Source: a virus (taxonomy: Duplodnaviria > Caudoviricetes). Taken from it: a DNA stretch of 25,405 nt. Shown here in pieces: positions 15,901 to 23,043 of the stretch; the stretch's first letter is position 1, and the number at the start of each line of letters is the position of its first letter. The notes beneath the pieces are model-generated. The model did not search any database and had not been told where the DNA came from. It saw only the letters and a program-made list of their open reading frames with translations. The position numbers and the translations under genes were made by a program. The DNA lies in IMG/VR virus record IMGVR_UViG_3300007539_000186, positions 1 to 25,405 of that record, one strand, 5' to 3'.

Positions 15901-18900
15901 TAAATCTATAGTTGACAAATTAGTAATAAATGGAGAGCTTGGGTCAACTAAGCCTTTAAAAGTTTTTTGCGTCTTGGTCGTATTATCAAGTCCATCAAAT
16001 CCAACCTCCAATTCAAAAAGAATTTCAGAAGGAATTATGCTATTAAAAGTAGTTGTTTCTTGTAGAGCATCAATCCTAATTATACATTCGACTTTAACAA
16101 CCTCGCTTCTATCAATTATATATTTGTAAGATATTTCGTCTTCATTAATTGGTAATTCATTCGTCCAAGCGGCGTAATTAATAGTTTCCGCGCCGACACT
16201 TCTAATATCAGCATTTCCATCCCCATCTCTAGCGTCTCCGCCAGTTTGGAAGGGGCCGTATAAATCAGAAACTATGTTATTTTCAGTTTTGCTTTCGGCA
16301 AAAGTTGAAATTTTTTCTTGCTGTTCTTCCCCGTTTCTAAACTCTACGAAAACATCATCGTAATTAAAAAGAGTTTGAGAAAAGCTATTTAAATCTACTA
16401 TTGCTATTTTCCCAGCTATAGAAGCGTCAGCGATTCCGTCTAGTTTTTGAAACGCATTGTGTGAATATATAATATTTGAGTAACTATCAATGACGTTAGA
16501 AGAAATTAAAGGTTCTTCAAATGGATTTATTATTTCCTCTTTGTCGGAAAACTGAAACTGATTAAAGCGGTCTTCGGGTGAATTATCCCGATAAGAATCT
16601 AAATCTGGAAGTTCAAATGATTTTATAAAATCATATTCATCAGATTCGGCTTTATCTAAAAAATTCTTACTTGCAAAACAAATGTCCCCGTTGTCGTTTA
16701 ATAAGAATTCACCATTTTTAATAAAAATAGCATCGCGATTCGTGGTTAGATGTCCAAGTTGTCCGTAATAATATGTAGACCAAAATTCAGTATATGGATA
16801 TTGTTTTTTATAACTGGTCTGTGGGAAGTGTTGAAAATGGTAATAAGTGCCAAAATAATATTCTTCAATGTTTTCGTCATCATATATTGTGTTACTATAA
16901 GTGCCATCATAAAGTGCTGGATTTTGATTGAAAATAGACCGAAGCTTACAATCCCCTAATATATATTTAATTTCGCCGCTAACTAAGACCTCCATGCTTA
17001 AAAAATCCCGCAAAGATGTGAATTCAATTCGGTTGCCTGTCGGCGTTTCTTGATAAAGACCACCCACAGAAACCTTGCTATCTAAACTTATTCCAGAATC
17101 GTTATCGTAATGAATATAAAAGTTTTGATAATCAACGTGTACGTTCCAATACTGATTTTTAATATCGCTTGAATTCGTCCACGAATTGATTTTCCAATCC
17201 CCATATCCAGTCCCCAAAATAGATACTACATTACCTGGCATACGCCCATTGTAACTTGTCCAGCCTCCACTATATTCTTGGGAATTATCGTTTTGAAATT
17301 GTGTAAATTCGGGAGAGCCAGTCAAACTTAAAGCTGTATTGTGAGTAAATTCTAAAGAACCAGTCCACTCTCTTCTCGAAAATTGTTGTGGGGAATATAA
17401 GTCATACCCTTCTTCACCATTGTAATTAAACTTTTTTTGAACACAATTATCAAAATAATAATATGGAACCCCGCTGTATTTCAATATCCAGCCAGTAGTA
17501 TTATTGGGAGTTAACCCCGTTTCCATATAAGCTGCTAAGTCATAACGGTTTACAAATTTTGTATTATGTTCATATGGATTTATGGCATTAGTTTGATTCC
17601 GAATTTTTCTATCTGAATAAATATTTGATTCATCAATAAAGCCGTCTACAGTTCTAAAAATATGACCCCCGCTTCTCAAGTAATAACCATTTAAAAAGTC
17701 TTCTTGAAAATTTTCAACCATAAGAGGGGTAGTTTCTCTCGAAGAGGCTCCACCTAAAGATGTGGAAGCTGGGTCATAAAATCTATATTTATTGCCAGAT
17801 ATTCGGGGATATTTATAATCATGTAAAGCTATATTAGAAAAAGGTGCAATAAATATTGAGTCATCAGATATATTTGGAGGAGCCCCTGCATAATCTGATT
17901 GCGTCTCCCTATGGTTATAATAAGTGCCATCTTCGTTAAATTGATGTGGAAGACTTACTGTTTTATTTATCGAGTACCCTAATGACCACAAGTCGCTTAA
18001 ATCAAGTGGAGTTGTCAAAATAGGATTATTAGGATTATGTTGAACATTGTATCCAATTTTTCTATAAGCTAAAGAACTAAAAAGCCTTTCCTCACCCCTA
18101 GTTGAGTAAAATGGAGGCCAACTAGCAGCTTGGGAATAGTAATAAACCACATCTTCGGGATCGATGAATGCGCGAACGGGGTCTATAGCAATATCATTCA
18201 TAAATTGACTATTAGGTTTTCTTCTTTTGGTTAATGATAAAGCGGGAAGGTTAGTTATATAACTATCTAAAACCCCTAAATTGTATAAACCCCTATCAAA
18301 TAGTTGTTTACTATCATATATAGCTAAATTAAATTTATCCGCATTTCCAGTATAATTACTAATGCAGTCGTTTAAGTTTTGAGGTTCTGTTATACCACTT
18401 CCGCTTATATTATATTTGAAATTTTGGTATTGTGCGCCGCTAATTGTTCTTTGATTTGTTTGCTGTATAAAAACAGAGTTAAATATAAAATTTAAATTAG
18501 AACTACCTCTAAAACCGTAGCCATTCAACACGGCCTCTGCATGATAATTAACGGCAAAACCCCTTCTATATTTTTTACTAAAAAACCTGTCAAAAGGATG
18601 AGTTTTAAAAAAATATGTTCCAAAATTATACGCTGAAACTGTTGGGTCATATATAGTTTTATCATTATATTTTGCGGGAATTAAATTAGCGGGAATATCT
18701 TCTGAACCGTTAATAGCGCTAGAGGAAGAGGGTTTACCAACAAAACAAAACATAGTTTTTTCTAATTCCCCTAAAGGAATTAAGTCTTTGTTCAAATTAA
18801 CCTCTTTTGCAAGATATTTTAAAAAGTCATCTTCGCAATAAAACTGAATATCATATCTTCCTGTATCCTCCATATCGAAGGTGGTTCCGCTATGACTAGT

Positions 18901-19260
18901 GTGTAGTAAAAAAGTGTTTTGTATAAAAGTTTTTTGAGAAACAATATTTTCAGACGATTCGAGAACCGAAACATCGTTTAAATAAACAGATTGTAAAACA
19001 TTTAACCCACCAAGAGAATCTGTATAAATGCCTCTTGGATTAACTGTTCCTCCTATAGGGCCTTCGCAAAGTAAATCTAATGAACCCGCAACCGCGATTG
19101 TTTGTTTCAGGTCTGTTGCTGTTGGAGGTAATAATTGGGCGCTACGGCCAGAAGATTTTCCCCCCTTACCTCCACCTCCACCAGACCCAGCTACGCCCAT
19201 CAAGCCAAGCTTTTTAGATATATTGCGCTTAATGCGCTTATTTACGTTGGGTAAAGGCAT
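12976..19260 (-). CDS. gpJ: tail tip attachment / host-specificity protein J, paralogue 1 (2094 aa)
   Basis: DLLCEGPIGG, SVYLNDVSV, FTYPNSAL, YSGDWDGSFKEDWTDNPAWILYD, GKYCD..EPRHSCN, GITSSSQARRYAKY and EPGDVIGIND. Confidence 0.92.
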   Translation of the reverse strand: MPLPNVNKRIKRNISKKLGLMGVAGSGGGGGKGGKSSGRSAQLLPPTATDLKQTIAVAGSLDLLCEGPIGGTVNPRGIYTDSLGGLNVLQSVYLNDVSVLESSENIVSQKTFIQNTFLLHTSHSGTTFDMEDTGRYDIQFYCEDDFLKYLAKEVNLNKDLIPLGELEKTMFCFVGKPSSSSAINGSEDIPANLIPAKYNDKTIYDPTVSAYNFGTYFFKTHPFDRFFSKKYRRGFAVNYHAEAVLNGYGFRGSSNLNFIFNSVFIQQTNQRTISGAQYQNFKYNISGSGITEPQNLNDCISNYTGNADKFNLAIYDSKQLFDRGLYNLGVLDSYITNLPALSLTKRRKPNSQFMNDIAIDPVRAFIDPEDVVYYYSQAASWPPFYSTRGEERLFSSLAYRKIGYNVQHNPNNPILTTPLDLSDLWSLGYSINKTVSLPHQFNEDGTYYNHRETQSDYAGAPPNISDDSIFIAPFSNIALHDYKYPRISGNKYRFYDPASTSLGGASSRETTPLMVENFQEDFLNGYYLRSGGHIFRTVDGFIDESNIYSDRKIRNQTNAINPYEHNTKFVNRYDLAAYMETGLTPNNTTGWILKYSGVPYYYFDNCVQKKFNYNGEEGYDLYSPQQFSRREWTGSLEFTHNTALSLTGSPEFTQFQNDNSQEYSGGWTSYNGRMPGNVVSILGTGYGDWKINSWTNSSDIKNQYWNVHVDYQNFYIHYDNDSGISLDSKVSVGGLYQETPTGNRIEFTSLRDFLSMEVLVSGEIKYILGDCKLRSIFNQNPALYDGTYSNTIYDDENIEEYYFGTYYHFQHFPQTSYKKQYPYTEFWSTYYYGQLGHLTTNRDAIFIKNGEFLLNDNGDICFASKNFLDKAESDEYDFIKSFELPDLDSYRDNSPEDRFNQFQFSDKEEIINPFEEPLISSNVIDSYSNIIYSHNAFQKLDGIADASIAGKIAIVDLNSFSQTLFNYDDVFVEFRNGEEQQEKISTFAESKTENNIVSDLYGPFQTGGDARDGDGNADIRSVGAETINYAAWTNELPINEDEISYKYIIDRSEVVKVECIIRIDALQETTTFNSIIPSEILFELEVGFDGLDNTTKTQKTFKGLVDPSSPFITNLSTIDLPSYSEIQSQYPDKSLPFLKENHKRYVIVRKKTYETESILVSRSASVMGFNEIIDSNFTYPNSALAAIYFDSKTFTDPPKRTYDLRLKKCQIPSNYFPLEDNGLDKRFLTSELDTKKQIYSGDWDGSFKEDWTDNPAWILYDILTNNSYGLGDYQDDIEDIDIFKLYQIGKYCDAVDSSGYFSGVSDNKGGLEPRHSCNILFEESFNGFDFVNAVCNMFQGVAYWKNGSLNFFADKPESVSAVFGNSDVFDGVFSYTDLNKNERFNLIEIQYKDKDDNYKTKIEYIEDEESIRKNGIIKYQEGARGITSSSQARRYAKYILYTNKLENESVNFRTSQQSLIVEPGDVIGINDELKNFQEASAKLLDVDIPNNSIKVENVLDTGSISTGDGVYLYTPIDQQNLNDLYTGINFHNLMINDSSLSAYESPQIVNIDITGINQSGNYIEFLLNGLHEDIGKLDSAVLGQFCNFRINGYPEHLYRVISIIPSEDNLYEIVGRQYNPIKYQIMEQKEGLENNQLYELPNIGLPSNIINRPPAPQGFSFSTGENNMYSINLSGLITGELNGIEEKYRVSVTKPNGMYFSQDFEKDSTLSPPQTYFEFNNLIGTGQYKIEVTSLLNPESSEKLEKFFTKEPTLSIYESPFLDSVKIGGNKYEQFSNIASVQDFGKDLSIDFNFIDLHGLPYKDKSHININLLQGGTGYVFDVSDFPVSITEDERRQLFGTAERNFKIQSFLDDGKGNIYPSPEIEINYPIPEINEIRTVNNQHNLKLEVDIEHHTNIVKIDIYSGQNSNFEISQSSFLKSEFLKTQKTNEIEFGHQKTGEIFYSFVPYDCFGSGIVNSGYRETINFPEPVILNNFKNSIHNTLFLNTASNTNGEFIFSDSFQIPKQDFVLKIGGEVANSDCVLDIFLNQFSGRFELPFNNGSFSESVYFTTNPFKTGENNLFQYESSLSGNSGILVKLVSGDLNDLDLEIKGL

Positions 19261-19270
19261 TTTTAAAGTC

Positions 19271-19960
19271 TTAAATCAATAAAGGCGCATAAGGCACAAG
19301 AGCCGTCGCAAGAGCAAATTTATTAAAAGTCGGGTTGCCGTCGTCTTCACTCACACTTGCAAATGGATTCTCAGCAGTTTCAATATTCCTATTCCTGATA
19401 GCGCTAGAAATTACTTGAGAACCCACTCTTAATCTTCCATAACCCAATCTAACTGGAGAGCCTTGAGAAGCTGTGTTATTTTGACTTTGGAAAAGAAAAG
19501 ATTCGGCTTTTACTGTCGCTTCTATTTCTCGCGGCTCCACTTCTGGAATTGGGGTCAACAAGTAAGTAATACCAGCCATTATCAGCCCCACTCCCAAGGT
19601 GAAAAAAAATGCAGAGGCAAAAGCGCCCAAAGCCCCAAAAGCCCCAGCCCCCGCAGCTACAGATAGGCCTCCAATAACTATTGCTGAAATTGGGTCTTTA
19701 CCCAATATGCAAGGAACTATTTCTATATGATTTATTTTTTCGCGCGAATTTTGAAGAGAGTGAGTGTCTGCACTTTCTCCATTGATAATAATTTCATAAT
19801 GCTGTCCTATTTTAGCGTGGTCTTTGATTGTTTGTTTGAAGTCTTTGTGTATAGTATTGATTGCTTGAATAGCATCAATGGGTTTTAAAATATTAAAGAA
19901 TTCGAAAGAATCTCCAAAAATTTTACTCAAATAGCCATGTAATTTTATTTTCGTTTTCAT
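19271..19960 (-). CDS. gpI: tail assembly protein I, paralogue 2 (229 aa)
   Basis: IKLHGYLSKIFG...IEIVPCILG (ubiquitin-like domain), a Gly/Ala-rich hydrophobic stretch, then SFLF...NTASQGSPVRLGYGRLRVGSQVISS. Confidence 0.88.
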   Translation of the reverse strand: MKTKIKLHGYLSKIFGDSFEFFNILKPIDAIQAINTIHKDFKQTIKDHAKIGQHYEIIINGESADTHSLQNSREKINHIEIVPCILGKDPISAIVIGGLSVAAGAGAFGALGAFASAFFFTLGVGLIMAGITYLLTPIPEVEPREIEATVKAESFLFQSQNNTASQGSPVRLGYGRLRVGSQVISSAIRNRNIETAENPFASVSEDDGNPTFNKFALATALVPYAPLLI

Positions 19961-19961
19961 T

Positions 19962-20567
19962 TTAATTGTCGTATCCTAAGTTAATAACTTTAACAGTGTC
20001 GCCGATAAAATCCTCATTAGAGGTGCCTAATTCATTCAATAAAAAATTTTCCATAGAATAGTCTTCTATATCTACGTAAGATGTTTTCGTCCCAATAACT
20101 CTAGAACCTATTCTTAGCCTTCCATACCCCAAAGGAACGTTGACACCTTGCTGGGTAACATTGTCGGGAGTCGAAAACAAGAAAGAATTAATCTTGATTG
20201 AGGCTTCTATATTCCTCATCGTAACCTCTGGCGCAGGAGTTAGTAGATACATAATTCCACTCATTAAAAGATTTACGGCCAAACTTATAAAAAATGTAAC
20301 TGGGTCGTTTCCAGAAATTGATGGAACTATATCTATTTGTTTTATAGCTTTTTCACGGGCAAGCCCCTCAAAAGAGCTAACTCTCTCGCCATCAAAAAAC
20401 ATTTCAAAAAACATTCCATCGTTAGAAAGATTAAGTATGGTTTTCTTAAACCCTTCTGAATTAGCTTCTATAGCGTTGATGAAGTTAAAGGGTTTACCTA
20501 AGTATTTAAAAGAATACTTCTCTCGGAACTTTTTGCCCAATATGCCGTGAAGTTTAACATTAGTCAT
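19962..20567 (-). CDS. gpI: tail assembly protein I, paralogue 1 (201 aa)
   Basis: VKLHGILGKKF...IDIVPSISG, a hydrophobic helix, then SFLF..PDNVTQQGVNVPLGYGRLRIGSRVI. Confidence 0.88.
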   Translation of the reverse strand: MTNVKLHGILGKKFREKYSFKYLGKPFNFINAIEANSEGFKKTILNLSNDGMFFEMFFDGERVSSFEGLAREKAIKQIDIVPSISGNDPVTFFISLAVNLLMSGIMYLLTPAPEVTMRNIEASIKINSFLFSTPDNVTQQGVNVPLGYGRLRIGSRVIGTKTSYVDIEDYSMENFLLNELGTSNEDFIGDTVKVINLGYDN

Positions 20568-20937
20568 TAATTGCTTCCTCCAATTTATTTACTGTCTCAA
20601 TCGAGCAATCCAAAAACTCTGGCTTGAATATGCTAAATTTTTGAGTTTGATAAGAATAAACAACAAAAGGGAAACATACCAAATTAGAAATCTTTTTATC
20701 AAATTCAGAAGCATTCTCTTCTGATTTTATATGGGAATGATAAACCGCTACGATTTCAAAATTGTTTTTTATATACAAAAATTCCTTAGCAGGAATATAA
20801 AATTCGCCCTCTTTGTCTTGAGCTTTGTTTTCGCATTCATATACTTCGAATTGCTCATTTTGATATATAATGAAGCCACATACTTCCTCATTTTTTTTCT
20901 TATTGCAAGCTTTAACTATTTTTTGTTTTATATTCAT
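20560..20937 (-). CDS. gpK: JAB/MPN (Mov34) metallopeptidase, gpK-like, lacking the NlpC/P60 domain
   Basis: EEVCGFI...VAVYHSH-x7-S-x2-D is an intact JAMM motif. Located between L and I, with a TAATG overlap with gpL. Confidence 0.88.
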   Translation of the reverse strand: MNIKQKIVKACNKKKNEEVCGFIIYQNEQFEVYECENKAQDKEGEFYIPAKEFLYIKNNFEIVAVYHSHIKSEENASEFDKKISNLVCFPFVVYSYQTQKFSIFKPEFLDCSIETVNKLEEAIND

Positions 20938-21998
20938 TAGTATGAGTATTTTTCGGTTCCTGGAAAACCTCCATATGGTAAATCTTTTGATACGTTAATT
21001 CCGTTAAAATCATCTGACCAATCTTCATTGTCAAATCGTTGTAAACATCCTCCTAATTTTTTAGAACATGAGTCTTTAACCCATAAATCGGAACGAAGTT
21101 CTGGACGGGTATTGTTACTGGCTAAGTGGCCAGATTTACAAACATAATAAACGGGGTGCTGTTGGTAATAATTAGAGGTTAGTGCTTGTGAACTTGAAAC
21201 CCTGTCGGAGAGTCTAAAGATATAATCCCCAACAGAATAATTTTGACCAGTTTCCCAAAGACCTTGCGCCTCTAAAACTGCGTCAATATTTTCTCCAGTT
21301 TTTGGTATTGGAAAGTTTTTTTCATTTAATCCCCATTGGTTGCTGGAACCTGTAACCATTAAATTGTCATCAGTATCCGAAACGGGCCTATCTTTATTGT
21401 CTCCTATAGCTTCAGAGGTTGATCCGTATCGGCACCCATAACCTCTGTAGACCCAAGAGCAATATCTTGCACTAACGCTTCTAGAGGGCAATTGGACGTT
21501 CTCTAGCTCCAGACTGGAAACAAGTTCCAGTTCCACGATTAGTTTATTTTCTAAAACCTTTCTGGAAACAAAAAATTTATCGTCCCTTAATCTCGCATTA
21601 GGGTTTGCGCTCCCCCAAGGATTTTTGTTATTAGGGAAATTAATGTCATCTAAAAACTTAGCGAAAGTTCTTCTTCTTACTAATTTTGCGCCATTAAGGT
21701 TATTATATTTCCTCAGCATGGAAGAAACATACATTCCAGCATTGGATACTTTAATTTTTGGTCTAGGTAGTTTTTGGTCACCCAAAACCTCAAAACCTGA
21801 AGCTTCTACGGGCATTGGAAGATACTCTTGACCGTCAAAGTATATTTTTCCATGAATTCCGTTTGTTCCCCCATGAAAATATAAAACTGCTTGACTATCT
21901 TCTTGGTAATTGTAATATAAAGCAAATAATTCTAAAATAGCTGTAGGCTCTAAGCTTAATGCCTCATTTACGAAATCCTTATTTAACCCTCTAGCCAT
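20937..21998 (-). CDS. gpL: minor tail protein L (353 aa)
   Basis: YFHGGTN, EYLPMPVEASGFE..LPRPKIKVSN, GAKLVRRRTFAKFLD, CSWVYRGYGC, CSKKLGGC..RF and LPYGGFPG, with four Fe-S cysteines as in lambda gpL. Start moved from the track's TTG (22025) to the ATG at 21998. Confidence 0.92.
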   Translation of the reverse strand: MARGLNKDFVNEALSLEPTAILELFALYYNYQEDSQAVLYFHGGTNGIHGKIYFDGQEYLPMPVEASGFEVLGDQKLPRPKIKVSNAGMYVSSMLRKYNNLNGAKLVRRRTFAKFLDDINFPNNKNPWGSANPNARLRDDKFFVSRKVLENKLIVELELVSSLELENVQLPSRSVSARYCSWVYRGYGCRYGSTSEAIGDNKDRPVSDTDDNLMVTGSSNQWGLNEKNFPIPKTGENIDAVLEAQGLWETGQNYSVGDYIFRLSDRVSSSQALTSNYYQQHPVYYVCKSGHLASNNTRPELRSDLWVKDSCSKKLGGCLQRFDNEDWSDDFNGINVSKDLPYGGFPGTEKYSY

Positions 21999-22000
21999 AT

Positions 22001-22537
22001 ATGATATTACACAAAAAACACTCAAAAACCACTAAATTTATCACAAACGGTTCTTTTGTGAAGTTTGACACAACCCATATAAAAATAGCATTGAAAACTT
22101 TTTTAGATTTTCAGGAAAAAGCGAAAGTTGGACATTGGGAAAATATATCTAAAGGGGAAAATAAAACATTTTACAAAGCTTTTCTTGTGGAGGAGTTCAA
22201 GAATATGCTCAAAAAATACCCCATTAAATACACTATGCTGGACGAAAAAGAAATACCGTTTGGTTTTGCATTTTTTACTAAAAACGTATTTTCCGAAAAA
22301 TCTATAGATTTACAATTTGGTTTTAAAAATAACGATTATTTCCTCAACTCAGCCATGTTGAATATCTTTAATGAAATGTTAGATGAAATAAGAAAAGAAC
22401 ACGGCATCGAAAATGTTTACGCCTGTTTGGGCCAAAGAAAAAAACAAGAAAAATACGTTAAAACAATGCTAACAGTATTTAACGCCGAAATTGTAACGAA
22501 AGACACTTTTGGCAGATTATTGGTCAGATTCAAATGA
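22001..22537 (+). CDS. hypothetical protein, possible GNAT-like fold (start uncertain; GTG at 22058 is an alternative)
   Basis: Pattern KYTMLDEKEIPFGFAFF...DLQFGFKNNDY...HGIENVYA resembles RimJ/RimL-type GNAT topology. Paralogous to the next gene. Confidence 0.55.
   Translation: MILHKKHSKTTKFITNGSFVKFDTTHIKIALKTFLDFQEKAKVGHWENISKGENKTFYKAFLVEEFKNMLKKYPIKYTMLDEKEIPFGFAFFTKNVFSEKSIDLQFGFKNNDYFLNSAMLNIFNEMLDEIRKEHGIENVYACLGQRKKQEKYVKTMLTVFNAEIVTKDTFGRLLVRFK
22007..22012 (-). promoter_or_regulatory. GTGTAA motif 8 nt before the gpL start
   Basis: Minus strand GTGTAA-tatcatat-ATG at the head of the L-K-I-I-J operon. Confidence 0.55.
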
Positions 22538-23043
22538 ATAAAAAGATTTTAAAAAAATTCAAACTACTTCCTTTGAAAAGAGATCAAGAAGAAGAAATTA
22601 AAAATCAACTTTTTGAATTTCAGAGAGAAGCTGATATAAAAGCCGTTTCCGTAGCATTTAAAAATTTAAAAAGCTCCAGAAGCAAAAATAAGATGTTAGA
22701 AAATGATTTTGGTCAATTCTTTGGTAAAGAAGATGTAAAATATGTTGCTATAGACGAAGAAAACGGAGAAATGGCTTGTTTTTTTTCTTTTTCTGTCGAA
22801 AATGGTGAGGCTAATTTCAAAATGGCCTTGAAAAATCCAGAATATGTTTTTGGACCCACTATAATAGAAGCGGCAAAAAAAATGATATCTTTAATGGCGT
22901 GTAAATATAATTTGAAAAAAATGTATTCGCTTTTATACAGAAGAAACAATTACCAAAATTATAAACGTTTCATAGTAAAACACTTAAATGCGGAGATAAT
23001 AACAGATGGAGAAAAAATCACAACAATCGAATATAAATTATAA
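22534..23043 (+). CDS. hypothetical protein, possible GNAT-like fold
   Basis: KYVAIDEENGEMACFFSF...ALKNPEY...YNLKKMYS. ATGA overlap with the previous gene. Confidence 0.6.
   Translation: MNKKILKKFKLLPLKRDQEEEIKNQLFEFQREADIKAVSVAFKNLKSSRSKNKMLENDFGQFFGKEDVKYVAIDEENGEMACFFSFSVENGEANFKMALKNPEYVFGPTIIEAAKKMISLMACKYNLKKMYSLLYRRNNYQNYKRFIVKHLNAEIITDGEKITTIEYKL

Noticed and set aside
16370-18960. Intein or intron explaining the large gpJ-1 insertion
   Set aside because: No C/S...HN-C/S/T splice junctions or LAGLIDADG/HNH motifs were seen, and the frame is uninterrupted.
7230-19260. Tandem gpJ genes as an assembly duplication or a single frameshifted gene
   Set aside because: Each copy has a full N- and C-terminal motif set, their shared peptides are diverged at the nucleotide level, and their inserts differ.
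7583-21831. Many short plus-strand ORFs inside the J, I, K and L genes
   Set aside because: Antisense to well-supported long genes, with no recognisable motifs or initiation signals.
22899-22904. Further GTGTAA hexamers (also near 3602 and 17321)
   Set aside because: They lie inside coding sequence with no supported start codon 8-13 nt downstream; treated as chance matches.
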